Shown here: positions 19,300 through 29,138 of the stretch, piece after piece
Numbering within the stretch: the stretch's first letter is position 1
Layout: each line of letters opens with the position of its first letter
Assembly: GCA_965222375.1 (NCBI GenBank)
Contig: CBDCTZ010000016.1
Location: 1,632,001 to 1,696,000, forward strand
DNA length: 64,000 bases
Origin: Polyangiaceae bacterium
GTDB taxonomy: Bacteria; Myxococcota_A; Polyangia; Polyangiales; Polyangiaceae
Direction of reading: 5' to 3'
Program-made: the position numbers and the translations under genes
The notes under the pieces: model-generated
The model's database searches: none
What the model saw: only the letters and a program-made list of their open reading frames with translations
What the model was told of the DNA's origin: nothing

Positions 19300-20516
19300 G
19301 AGGCCACGACTCGGATCCGACAAAACCGACGCTTCTTGGAACCTACCCGCACGAGCGACTCACTGCCCTGGGGCAACTTGGTCAGGGGGTCGGTCACCCG
19401 AGTTCCTTCAACTTCCACTCCGCCCTGCTGCAACAGGCGGCGTGCCTCGCCGTTGGACTTACACAGGCCAGCTTGGGCGAGCGCTTTGGGCAGCAGGACT
19501 CCGTCGTCGTCGCCTGCGACGCTGCACTCGGGCACGTCGTCAGGTACGCCGTGTCCCAAATAGGTGGCGAAAAACGAAGCCTTAGCCGTTGAGGCGGCTT
19601 CTGCTCCCTGGAAGCGACTCACGATCTCTTCAGCGAATGCGCTCTTGGCAGTTAAGGGCTCGTTTGCGTCCTTCAGCGCGCGGATCTCTTCATTGGATTT
19701 CGCTGAGAGCAGCTCGAAGAAGCGCCAGATCACGTTGTCGTCGATCTGCATGACCTTGCGAAACATCTCCGTCGGCGCCTCGAGCAATCCGATCGCGTTG
19801 CCCGCGCTCTTGCTCATCTTCTTGCCGACCACTTGACCGTCTTCGAGCTTGGCGTCGTAGCCCTCGAGGATTGGAGTCGTCATCACGATCTGTGGGGGCT
19901 TGCCGTAGCGCTGCATCAAGTCCCGCCCGACCATCAGGTTGAAGAGCTGGTCCGTTCCCCCGAGCTCGACATCGCTTTCCAGGACTACCGAGTCGTAGCC
20001 CTGCAACAGCGGATACAGGAACTCATGTAGGTAGATGTCCCGGTGCTCCGTCATGCGCTCTCGAAAATCCCGGCGCTCGAGGGTGCGCGCCACCGTGCGT
20101 TTTGCGGCGAGTTCGATGATCTTGTCGAGAGAAAGGGGGCTCAGCCACTCGCTGTTGTAGCGAACTTCCGTCCGCTCTTTGTCCAGGACTCGGAAGGCTT
20201 GCTCTTGATACGTCTCCGCGGCGGCCATGACTTCTTCTCTGGTCAGCCGGGGGCGCATGTCATTCTGACCCGTCGGGTCACCGACCATCGCGGTGAAGTC
20301 CCCGATCAAGAACACGACGTGATGCCCGAGATCTTGGAACGCACGCATCTTCTGCATCAGAACAGTGTGTCCGATGTGCAAGTCCGGTCGTGTCGGATCG
20401 AAGCCGGTTTTGACCTTGAGCGGTCGCCCGCTTCTCAAGCGCTCGAGGAGTTCATCCTTCTGGTGAAGGTCGACCACTCCGCGTGACAGCACCTCCAGCT
20501 GTGCTTCGGCATCCAC
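19296..20516 (-). CDS. tyrS: Tyrosine--tRNA ligase
   Basis: GFDPT-x-PDLHIGH, YPLLQGYD, GGTDQ, KMSKS, C-terminal S4 domain. Confidence 0.97.
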   Translation of the reverse strand: MDAEAQLEVLSRGVVDLHQKDELLERLRSGRPLKVKTGFDPTRPDLHIGHTVLMQKMRAFQDLGHHVVFLIGDFTAMVGDPTGQNDMRPRLTREEVMAAAETYQEQAFRVLDKERTEVRYNSEWLSPLSLDKIIELAAKRTVARTLERRDFRERMTEHRDIYLHEFLYPLLQGYDSVVLESDVELGGTDQLFNLMVGRDLMQRYGKPPQIVMTTPILEGYDAKLEDGQVVGKKMSKSAGNAIGLLEAPTEMFRKVMQIDDNVIWRFFELLSAKSNEEIRALKDANEPLTAKSAFAEEIVSRFQGAEAASTAKASFFATYLGHGVPDDVPECSVAGDDDGVLLPKALAQAGLCKSNGEARRLLQQGGVEVEGTRVTDPLTKLPQGSESLVRVGSKKRRFCRIRVVAS

Positions 20517-20562
20517 GCGCGGCCTTATACCCGAGACAGACTTCGGAGCGAGACGACTCCGC

Positions 20563-20886
20563 TCAATCGTCGTCGTCGTCGTCGTCGTCGTTCACGAGAG
20601 CGATGTGTTGGCTGGCGTTGACCAGCTCCTTGAGCTCTTTGCCGACCTTGAAGAATGGCAGTCGCTTGGCGGGGACGGGGACGGCCTGACCCGTGCGGGG
20701 ATTCCTGCCGGCGTAGGGCTTGTAGGGGCGCACCGTGAAGCTCCCAAACCCGCGAATCTCAATGCCATCACTGCGCTGGAGGGCCTCGGTCATTGCGTCA
20801 AAGACACAATTGACTACCTGCTCGGCGCGGGCCTTGGTGAGCTCACCCCGGGCCGCAATGGCTTCGATCAGCTCGCTCTTCGTCAT
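20563..20886 (-). CDS. HU / integration host factor beta-like DNA-binding protein with poly-Asp tail
   Basis: MTKSELI, IEIRGFGSF, GRNPRTG, FKVGKELKE. Ends in NDDDDDDDD. Confidence 0.93.
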   Translation of the reverse strand: MTKSELIEAIAARGELTKARAEQVVNCVFDAMTEALQRSDGIEIRGFGSFTVRPYKPYAGRNPRTGQAVPVPAKRLPFFKVGKELKELVNASQHIALVNDDDDDDDD

Positions 20887-20936
20887 CCCCAGCCTCTCCG
20901 CCATGTCGGGAACGTCCCATGTTTTTTCCTAACGCC

Positions 20937-22955
20937 TCAATTGTCAACGCTTTTTCGTGCAGGCACCAGCTCGATGGCATCCAAAACAACCGGTTCGTCC
21001 CAAGCTTCCACCCGGATCAGGGCGTGGTTTGACCGGCCGGCGACGGCCAGAGCCGCGGATTTGTCGCAAATGTTGGATATTACGTCGATATCCGGCGCCG
21101 GCGCCCCCATCACTCCGATCCAGCTCAGCTTCGCTCGAGCCGGGGCCGTCGATGCCCGCGTCCAGCGGGCTCGGACGCCCCGGGCGCCCGAGGTTGGGAG
21201 CCGAAGCGTCACCGAGGCGTGTCCCTCGGTCCCGGGCTCGAGGACCAGCCCACGCCCCTTCGAAGCGCACTTCGCCGTGAAGCCTGGATGCGCGTGTCCG
21301 GCGTCGACGCTTCGTACCGGCCAGAGGGATTCGCCCTCGACAAGCCTGCTCGGGGCGGCCGAGCCTTGCCAGGGCTGTAGGGAAGGCTCGGCCTTGCCTC
21401 TCAGATCAAATCGGTACTGATACGCTTTGGGCCTGCCGAGCGCATCCCAAGTGAGCCAGTCGAAGCGATCTCCGCGCCGCCGTGCCACAACGATGCCAGA
21501 GTCGGCGTCCGGCACTCTGGGGTCGAAGCCCAGGTTGTAGCCATGGTCTGTGTCGACGAACACGAGCCCCTTGGACACGCCGGCGGCCGCGAGACGCGCT
21601 GGTTCGAACATGGGGCGGCCCCCATCGCGGCTAGCAAGCGCCACATGCCCATAGCTAGCCCGCACTGCGAAGCCGAGCAGCGCCACCGGCACGACGAAGC
21701 GTGTGATGCGTAAGCGTGACGCGCCAAAGGCGATCAGAACGTGCTCAAGCGGCAGGATATCGGCAAACATGCGCGCGCCACCGCCCGGGTAGCTTCCGTC
21801 GAAGTAGAAGGGCGCGTAGGCGACGAACAGGCCCAGGATCCCAAAGCCGAGCAAGCGAACGCGCTGGTCCCGCCAGAGCCAGACCAATGAGATGAGGGCG
21901 AGGTAGGCGATGGGTTCGGCATTGCCTACGTCCAGCGCGTGCCAGAGCAATCTACGGCCTGTAGTGCCCAGCGCCTCCAGCAGCCCGTAGCCATCTTGAA
22001 GGTGTGAAGCTACGAAGTCGCCGTGTTCGAAGCGACAGCCGATATCCCCGCCAAAACCATACCGAAAGCAGCCCGGTGGTCCGTCCGCGCGGGCATAGTA
22101 GTGCTGCTGGCTCGACGACAGCCAGCGTCCGGTCGTCTTCCACTGGTGCGCGAGGAACAACGCCGCGCCCGGTAGAGCGCTGACGCAGGATACTACGACT
22201 TGTCGTCTGGCCGAGCCGCTGCGCAGCGCGCAGAGCACGACGAGGATACCCACCACGAGGCCTGTGACCGGCCGAGTCGCTATCACTGCACCAACGGCGA
22301 GCCCGGCGATCCAGAAGCTACGCTTGCCCCGAACCACCCCGGTCACGGCAATCGTCGTGAACAACGCAGCCGCTCCGTGCGACATGGTGTCGGCGGTGTG
22401 GTAACGGAGCGCCGCACAGGCCAGGGACAGTGCTGCAGCGACCAGCGCCACGCGCGGGTCGTGAAAAAGTTCGCGGGCCAGGAGGTAGGTGGCAACGACC
22501 AGCGCCGCCGCGAGCGCGGGCCCGACGGCTAGCGGCGTGCCGAGCAGGACGCCGACACTCAGCAGCGCGGGATAGCCCGGCGGGAAGATAACGCCGAGGG
22601 CTGGCATCGCTGCGGGACCGATGAGGAACCGGCCCGTATGGGAACCCAGATCGCCAGGTGGGCTCCACAGGAACTGACCGCCCGCGATGCCCTTCGCCTG
22701 AAGCAAGTAGCTCGTCGCGTCGATGATGCGAGGGCCGCCCCGTAGGTAGATGATGACCCACAGGGTCGAAACCGCTGCGGCCGCAAGCGCGAATCCGCCG
22801 CAAATCCACTGGGGATGTCTCGCGCAGGCTGAACTCATCCGCTCGCGCAGAGCCGCGGGTCCCAGGGCTATCGCGCCGAGGGCAAGCGCCAACACCAGCG
22901 CGGACCACGCCACTGGATCCGGCGGCGCGCCCAAACTCGATAGGCCAGGATTCAC
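20937..22955 (-). CDS. Polytopic membrane glycosyltransferase, GT-C fold (GT39/ArnT-like)
   Basis: Many TM segments. First loop IIDATSYLLQAK and FPPGYPALL. RP motif. Soluble C-terminal domain. Confidence 0.65.
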   Translation of the reverse strand: MNPGLSSLGAPPDPVAWSALVLALALGAIALGPAALRERMSSACARHPQWICGGFALAAAAVSTLWVIIYLRGGPRIIDATSYLLQAKGIAGGQFLWSPPGDLGSHTGRFLIGPAAMPALGVIFPPGYPALLSVGVLLGTPLAVGPALAAALVVATYLLARELFHDPRVALVAAALSLACAALRYHTADTMSHGAAALFTTIAVTGVVRGKRSFWIAGLAVGAVIATRPVTGLVVGILVVLCALRSGSARRQVVVSCVSALPGAALFLAHQWKTTGRWLSSSQQHYYARADGPPGCFRYGFGGDIGCRFEHGDFVASHLQDGYGLLEALGTTGRRLLWHALDVGNAEPIAYLALISLVWLWRDQRVRLLGFGILGLFVAYAPFYFDGSYPGGGARMFADILPLEHVLIAFGASRLRITRFVVPVALLGFAVRASYGHVALASRDGGRPMFEPARLAAAGVSKGLVFVDTDHGYNLGFDPRVPDADSGIVVARRRGDRFDWLTWDALGRPKAYQYRFDLRGKAEPSLQPWQGSAAPSRLVEGESLWPVRSVDAGHAHPGFTAKCASKGRGLVLEPGTEGHASVTLRLPTSGARGVRARWTRASTAPARAKLSWIGVMGAPAPDIDVISNICDKSAALAVAGRSNHALIRVEAWDEPVVLDAIELVPARKSVDN

Positions 22956-22995
22956 GGCTCTGCCTCGAACCGGGGGGACCTCGCAGATCGAACGG

Positions 22996-25146
22996 TCATT
23001 GAGTGGGCTGCAAGACGAACACGTGAAAGAGCACGTGCCCGCTTTGTCGGCTGACCAGGCGCACGTTCATTTCCTGCGACACCAGATTGGCGGGCAGGTC
23101 TGCTGGCAACTCCTGCCAGCTGGCGCCGGGTGTGAGAGCGACATCCGTGATGAGCTTGCCATCCACCTCGACACCGAGCACTGCTGAGGATGTGGGCGCT
23201 GTGCGCAATAGCATGCGGGCTTCACGCCCTGGCGACAGCCCTCGAACTACGAAAGCGTGAGCGGCCCCGACCGGGCTGAGCCGCCCCGCGTCGAACACGT
23301 CCCGGGACTCCTGCGCCGGGTGCGGAAGCAGCTTCATCTCTACGAAGCCAACGGCTCCCTCCGTCGAGTAGGCATGTCGCCCTTCGTTGACGATGTCGGC
23401 GATGTCCACACTGTCCACGACCTCCATTCCGCGGATATCGCTGAATGGCGCTCCGCTACCTTTCAATAGTTTCCAGCGCGGGCGGTACAAGACCTTGGAA
23501 GCGCCACCGCAGATCACGTTGCCGGTCACTGGTACCTGGCCCAGAACATCGCCAAACCAAAGTGGGAACGTGCCCCACCAAGACGGATAGATGGCCAGTA
23601 CGTCTGGGCGCTGCCGCTCGGGAATGCGCTCGATCAGCTCGACCGACGCGCCCACGCCCTGGCGTGTGGCTCGCGCGAAGGGCATGCTGCGAAATCCGCC
23701 CAAGCCGATGATGTCCAACGCGGGAAGATCGGACATGAAGGGGATCGCACCAGCGTCTCCGACCAAGACCCGTGATACTGGTGGATGCACTGCACGCAAC
23801 AAGCGACCGGCGCGCACGTGTTGGTCGCGGATGTTTCGGGAAGCGCGCCCAAAGAACCAGACTTGGTCTCGCAGCTTGTCTTTGTGAAACCAACCAAAGC
23901 AAAGCCACGCAGCCACCGTCACACCCGAGGTGGCCCAAAACAGCCGGCGTCCCCGTGTTCCCAAGGCGGGTCGGGTGGAGATGATCGCGCCGACGGCAAG
24001 TGCCGAAGCCAGCAGGAGCCACGCCAGGGCGGGCATGGTGTAGCGCTCGTTCTGCCATCGAACCTGGCCGTTCAGCGCGACGACGAGTACCCACAGCACC
24101 GCACTGCTGACGAGCACGATCCCGTAGCGTCGGGTTCGCCTGAATGCCAGGGAGAGCACGGCAAAGGCGTAGGGCAAGAAGCCCAGCACCGGCACGCTGG
24201 ACAGGTGATAGTCCCCCACTCGCATGAATTGGTAGCGCACGTGGAACCACCACGCGTCGATCACCTGATCCCGATTCAAGTGGGGATGGTGCATCTCCAG
24301 CTTGACCAAAGCGCCAGCGGCTGTCGTGTCACCCGTGGCTAGCCAGTTCGCCACGGCCTGGCCAACGACGAGGGCGGCTCCGGGTGTTGCGCACAGCGCA
24401 AGGGTCCACAGGCCGCGTTTGAGCCCCCGGCGCCTCCAGAGCGCGAGTGCGGCGGTGGTTGCGAACACAGCGACCACACACGCGGCTTCGGGTCGGGTGG
24501 CGACGAGCAGCAGGCCCCAGATCCCCAGGAGTGTGGCGTAGAGCGTGGGTCGCTCGCGTTTGTCGGGCGGGCCGGTAACGAGATCGTCCCAGGCAATGAG
24601 TGCCCCGCCCCACAGCGCAAGGAACAGCGCTACCTCCATGCCGCTGAACAACGTCCAACTCAAGACGCCGATGCCCAGCAGCGCTGGAATGACGAGGTAG
24701 CTCGTGGCCCGAGGAAGCTCTCGGAACATCCTTCGGGACGCCAGCAGTAGGGCGAAGGTGCAGACGCACGCCACCAATGCTGCCCACGCCATCAAGGACA
24801 GCTCGCGGTATCCGATCCAATAGCCAAAGGCGAGCACGAAGGGGTAGAGCAGGCTCGTGCCGCCGCTCGAGTAGCCGTTGCCCTCGGACCACTGGAAGGG
24901 GAAACCGCGTGCCGTAGCGCGGGCGAAGTCGAAGTGGATGAACACGTCATCCAAAGGGGCGGACCACTCACCTCGACGAGCCAAGGGCAGGCTGCCCGTT
25001 AGCGTGGTCTGATGTTTCAGGGAGGCGTAGAACCAGCACGCCACCCACAGAGTGGCAGCGCCAGCGAGCAGCGCGAAGAGCAAGCGTTCGCCACGCCACA
25101 GGGGTGTGGCGTTTCGCTTTTGTGACGGCACGTCAGGGTCGGACAC
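22996..25146 (-). CDS. Polytopic membrane glycosyltransferase-like protein (GT-C, DD motif)
   Basis: LDDVFIHFDFARATARG...GGTSLLYP, SGME, TRPE, ERY, DAGAIPF...DIIGL. Multiple TM helices. Confidence 0.65.
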   Translation of the reverse strand: MSDPDVPSQKRNATPLWRGERLLFALLAGAATLWVACWFYASLKHQTTLTGSLPLARRGEWSAPLDDVFIHFDFARATARGFPFQWSEGNGYSSGGTSLLYPFVLAFGYWIGYRELSLMAWAALVACVCTFALLLASRRMFRELPRATSYLVIPALLGIGVLSWTLFSGMEVALFLALWGGALIAWDDLVTGPPDKRERPTLYATLLGIWGLLLVATRPEAACVVAVFATTAALALWRRRGLKRGLWTLALCATPGAALVVGQAVANWLATGDTTAAGALVKLEMHHPHLNRDQVIDAWWFHVRYQFMRVGDYHLSSVPVLGFLPYAFAVLSLAFRRTRRYGIVLVSSAVLWVLVVALNGQVRWQNERYTMPALAWLLLASALAVGAIISTRPALGTRGRRLFWATSGVTVAAWLCFGWFHKDKLRDQVWFFGRASRNIRDQHVRAGRLLRAVHPPVSRVLVGDAGAIPFMSDLPALDIIGLGGFRSMPFARATRQGVGASVELIERIPERQRPDVLAIYPSWWGTFPLWFGDVLGQVPVTGNVICGGASKVLYRPRWKLLKGSGAPFSDIRGMEVVDSVDIADIVNEGRHAYSTEGAVGFVEMKLLPHPAQESRDVFDAGRLSPVGAAHAFVVRGLSPGREARMLLRTAPTSSAVLGVEVDGKLITDVALTPGASWQELPADLPANLVSQEMNVRLVSRQSGHVLFHVFVLQPTQ

Positions 25147-25384
25147 AGCAAACAGGGTGGTCCCTCCGGGGCTGGCCAGTCTAGACGCTGACCCGGGCTT
25201 TGGTACGCGTCTCTACAGCCGCCCTGGGTCCGGGCGCGCTTTTTCGTCCGGACAGCCACAAACTGGCCCAGCTTCCCGCTGCCAGATGCGAGACGGGCTT
25301 GCGGGTCGGCTTGGGAAACGCTCTACTAGGCCGACCTTTTGAGGGGCCCTACGCCCCGGTTTATGCGGAACACATTCCGAGAGC

Positions 25385-27466
25385 ATGCGCTGGTTCGTTG
25401 AAGTCTCCCGTGTGGGAGAGGAAGCTCCGCCCGACAAGTATTGCTTGGAAGCCAAGCAATGGCAGGCTGCGCTCCAAGAAGTCCGCCGCAAGCGGGCCGA
25501 CACCGGTCCGCTCTCCAAGTTCTCCATCGAGCTCCTGGATGACGGCTACCGAGCCGTCGATGCGTCTCAGAAGATCCGCTACATGGTGGCCAAGGCCCCG
25601 GCGACCGCGCCCCTGGTCGAGCCTCAGGCCGAGCCTCCGCCCAAGACGAGTCCCATCGCTTCGCCAGCACCTCTTACTGAAGATCCACTAGCGACGGATC
25701 CTCAGGCGGCGGCGCCGATGTCGGACGAGCCCTCAACCGAACGGATGCCGTCGGAGGCACCGCCGGCGGATCGCAAAGCGGCCCAGCCGGCGATTCGAGT
25801 GCCCGACGACGCCGTCCCCCCGGCGCCGTCGCCGTCCAAGCCGCCTGCCGCCGCGTCCTCCCCACCAAAGCCTCCGCAACCCGTGGCTGCAGCACCCAAG
25901 GTGGTGTCGTCACCACCCGCCGCGGCGCCCAAGGTCGCATCGTCGCCGCCCGCCGCCGCGGCGCCCAAGGTCGCATCGTCACCACCCAAAGCCGCTGCCT
26001 CTGCACCGCCCGCTGCCGCGACCTCGTCAGCAGCGACTCAGGCCTCGTCCGCCCCTGCAGCAGCCTCGCCCACGGCTCCCTCCGCCGCGAGCGCCCCGCC
26101 CACGGAAAAGGTGTCCCCGTCGGCCATTCTGCCGCCGTCCGACTCAGCCGGGGTGAAGCCAAAAATGAACGGGCCCGCTGCTAAAGGCAGTGAGGCCGAG
26201 AAACCCACAGCGTCGGCGAACAAGTCGGCACCCGCGTCCACGACTTCCAAGTCGGACACTCAGCGGCTCAGCTCTCATCCCACCCAACGCAGCCTCGAGG
26301 CCGCCAAGGCACCGGATTTTCAGGTTATCCGTAAGCGGGAGGACGAGCCGTCCGAGAAGAGTCCCATCGTGTATCGCGAATACGCTTACGCGGTCGCTCC
26401 GGAGACCTTGGCAGCGCAAGCCGAGCTGCTGATTTGGGTCAGGTTCAAGGAGATCAAGTCGAAGATTGATGAGCGGTCGGAGCGCAAGTTCGTGCAGCTC
26501 GCGGTCTTCGACCACGTATTCGAAAAGCGCCCCGAGCGCGCGCCCGTTGCCACTCTCGCGTGGCGTGACTGGCGAGGCGACCCCGTCGTCATGGTGCATG
26601 GAAAGAAGAGCACCGCCCCCGCTGCTGACCCCGACTCGAAGGCCAGCGCGGGAAGCTTTCCGCCTCGTCCTGCGAGCCTTCCACCTCGGCCTGTTGGCTC
26701 GTCCCCAGCTCAAGAGGCGCCAAGGCCGACCGACGCTGCCGAGGACAAGAAGGCCCCCGAGCAGGCAGCCGCGGACCCGAAGCCCGAAGCCGAGAAGAAG
26801 ATCGCGGCCGAAAAGAAGGCCGAGCCCGAGAAGGTGACCAAAGCAAAGAAGCCCGCACCAACGGAGGAAAAGGCGGTGGCCGAGGAGCGGCCTTCCGAGC
26901 CGCCGCCGTCATCCCGACGAATCGCCCCCGGCAAGCGTCGCGCGGATGAAGATCTGATTGGTGAGCTGTTCGAGACGATGCACGAGTTGCATTTCCTTCC
27001 GGACATGGTCAGCGGAGTCGAATTCGTGCTCTCCATCGTCGAGGACATGCTGCCTAGCGGTGGCGCCATCTTGCACGTCTTCGACATCAATCTGCGTCAG
27101 TTCGTGGTGGTCCGGGCCTATGGCAAAGGCGCTGAGGCATTGCTCCTGCATCGCACTCCGGACGTGGATCCCTTTTTCAACTCGGCCATGCGCCGGACTC
27201 ATGCCCTCGCGATCTCCGGCAAGGACGAAAAGTACCTCGGGCCCCGCTGGACCACCCTGGGCGTCGAACCCGAAGAAGCTCTGTTCGGTTCGGTCCAAAT
27301 CCACGGCCGCTACTTGGGCGCCATCGAGATTGCCAACCCCCACGGCGGCGGCAAGTACTCCCAGAGCGAGGCCAACGCCTTGGAGTACATTTGTGCCCAG
27401 TTCGCGGATTTCCTGGCAGCCCGTCCCATCGTGCTGGATGCGGACGTGGTTCTACCCAAATCCTAG
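25385..27466 (+). CDS. GAF-domain protein with long Pro/Ala/Ser-rich linkers
   Basis: C-terminal GAF-like segment (...GRYLGAIEIANPHGGGKYSQSEANALEYIC). Two other globular segments separated by low-complexity linkers. Confidence 0.72.
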   Translation: MRWFVEVSRVGEEAPPDKYCLEAKQWQAALQEVRRKRADTGPLSKFSIELLDDGYRAVDASQKIRYMVAKAPATAPLVEPQAEPPPKTSPIASPAPLTEDPLATDPQAAAPMSDEPSTERMPSEAPPADRKAAQPAIRVPDDAVPPAPSPSKPPAAASSPPKPPQPVAAAPKVVSSPPAAAPKVASSPPAAAAPKVASSPPKAAASAPPAAATSSAATQASSAPAAASPTAPSAASAPPTEKVSPSAILPPSDSAGVKPKMNGPAAKGSEAEKPTASANKSAPASTTSKSDTQRLSSHPTQRSLEAAKAPDFQVIRKREDEPSEKSPIVYREYAYAVAPETLAAQAELLIWVRFKEIKSKIDERSERKFVQLAVFDHVFEKRPERAPVATLAWRDWRGDPVVMVHGKKSTAPAADPDSKASAGSFPPRPASLPPRPVGSSPAQEAPRPTDAAEDKKAPEQAAADPKPEAEKKIAAEKKAEPEKVTKAKKPAPTEEKAVAEERPSEPPPSSRRIAPGKRRADEDLIGELFETMHELHFLPDMVSGVEFVLSIVEDMLPSGGAILHVFDINLRQFVVVRAYGKGAEALLLHRTPDVDPFFNSAMRRTHALAISGKDEKYLGPRWTTLGVEPEEALFGSVQIHGRYLGAIEIANPHGGGKYSQSEANALEYICAQFADFLAARPIVLDADVVLPKS
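25886..25990 (+). repeat. Intragenic tandem repeat encoding AAAPKV(V/A)SSPP x3
   Basis: 33-36 bp units with a CCCAAGGT...CGTC core in the GAF protein linker. Confidence 0.8.
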
Positions 27467-27531
27467 CCAAGGCCTCGGCCGAGAGCTGTACCCGGGCGGC
27501 GCCGTGCCCTGGCTCGGTGTAGGGTTGCCGC

Positions 27532-29133
27532 ATGACTGAGCGTACGCCGCGGGAGAGGCTGCTGCCCTTTCTTGGCGTGCCCGCGATCGTGGTAGCGATC
27601 GTGGTGCTCATGGTGGTGACCTTCAGGAATAGCTTCCAGCTCGAAAAGCTGCGGGAGCAGTCGGTTGTCGAGGCCACCCTGACCCTCGCCAACGAGAAAG
27701 CCGACCGCCTGGACAAGCGCATCATCGAGCAGGACAACTCCGTTCTGTCCTTGGTGGACCTGGAAGACCGCGTCGGTTTCGGTAGCGATTGGCTCGAGGT
27801 TGCTGCCCGACAGACGCCAACGGTGCGTGGGGTGCTGCTCATCGATCTGAATTCACCTGGAAAAGAGGTGGTTGCATTCTCGTCCCGTGCGCCTGGGCCG
27901 GAAGCCGAGCGATTCCGAAGAACGCTGATCCACGTCTTGATGCCAGAGCTAGAGCTGTCGCGCCAGCCACGTAAGCAGCTGCGCCATCTGCACAAGAGCC
28001 ACGAAGGTCACAGCTACCTCGTTAGCTATTGGCAGCGAGAATCCCACGGTCGGCGCTACCTCTTGCTCGCATGGCACGACGTGCCGCGAATCGTCCACGA
28101 CCTGTTCCCCTCCGTTTATTCGGAACGCGACCAGCATAGTCGTGTTAACGTTGTCGATGCGGATGGGCGCATCGTCTTCGGTCCGCCCCTGAGCCGTGGT
28201 GGCTTCACGATCGGTCGACGTTTCGAAACCACGCTCTACAAGTGGCGCGTCAATGTGACGCTCATCTCGGCGGAAGAGCTGACCGCAGCCGTGGCTCGGC
28301 GCCGCAGCTTGGAAATGGCTCTGGTCGGACTGAGCTGGTTGGTCGTGCTCGCGGGGCTGAGCGTCGTGCTTTTTGCAGCCGCTCGCGAGCGCAAACTCTC
28401 CAACTTGAAAAGCGATTTCGTGGCCAATGTTTCCCACGAACTCAAGACTCCCCTGTCACTAGTGCGGATGTTTGGAGAACTGCTTCAAAGTGGGCGCGTC
28501 GAGAGTGACGTGAAGCGCAAGCAATACCTCGAAATCATCGTTTCGGAGAGCGAGCGGCTCGCTGCGTTGATCGAAAACGTCCTGGATTTCGCTAAGGTGG
28601 AGCGCGGCAAAGCTGCCTACACCTTCAATCTTGCGTCCGTGGGCGACGTCGTCGCCCGCGCCGTGGAAGCTTGCCGGGTACGTGCCCAGAGAGAAGACGT
28701 CGAGTTGGCGCTTTCTCTGGAATCCGACCTGCCCGAAGTGGAACTCGATGAACGCGCCGTGGAAATCGCCGTATTCAACCTGGTCGACAATGCGCTGAAG
28801 TACGCGCCCGACGGCGACAAGATCGCCGTGGCGGTCGTCCAAGGAGACGGAGATGTGCAGGTCCGGGTCACCGACGAAGGTGCTGGCATCGCCGCAGAAG
28901 ATCGAAAGCGGATCTTCGAGCGATTCGTGCGTGGGCGCGGTACCAGCAACAAGCAGGTACGCGGCAGTGGCATCGGGTTGGCCCTGGTCAAGCACATCGC
29001 CGAAGCCCATGGCGGCCGCGCCTGGGTCGAGGAAACGACGCCTCGCGGTAGTACCTTCATTTTCACGTTGCGAACCCGGGGCAAGCACGCCCTGGCGCGA
29101 GCCGCGTTGCCCGAGGTTCCCGCCACGTCCTAG
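27532..29133 (+). CDS. Membrane sensor histidine kinase (HisKA + HATPase_c)
   Basis: Two TM helices. FVANVSHELKTPL (H box), NLVDNALKY, DEGAGI, GSGIGL. Confidence 0.95.
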   Translation: MTERTPRERLLPFLGVPAIVVAIVVLMVVTFRNSFQLEKLREQSVVEATLTLANEKADRLDKRIIEQDNSVLSLVDLEDRVGFGSDWLEVAARQTPTVRGVLLIDLNSPGKEVVAFSSRAPGPEAERFRRTLIHVLMPELELSRQPRKQLRHLHKSHEGHSYLVSYWQRESHGRRYLLLAWHDVPRIVHDLFPSVYSERDQHSRVNVVDADGRIVFGPPLSRGGFTIGRRFETTLYKWRVNVTLISAEELTAAVARRRSLEMALVGLSWLVVLAGLSVVLFAAARERKLSNLKSDFVANVSHELKTPLSLVRMFGELLQSGRVESDVKRKQYLEIIVSESERLAALIENVLDFAKVERGKAAYTFNLASVGDVVARAVEACRVRAQREDVELALSLESDLPEVELDERAVEIAVFNLVDNALKYAPDGDKIAVAVVQGDGDVQVRVTDEGAGIAAEDRKRIFERFVRGRGTSNKQVRGSGIGLALVKHIAEAHGGRAWVEETTPRGSTFIFTLRTRGKHALARAALPEVPATS

Positions 29134-29138
29134 TTTCA

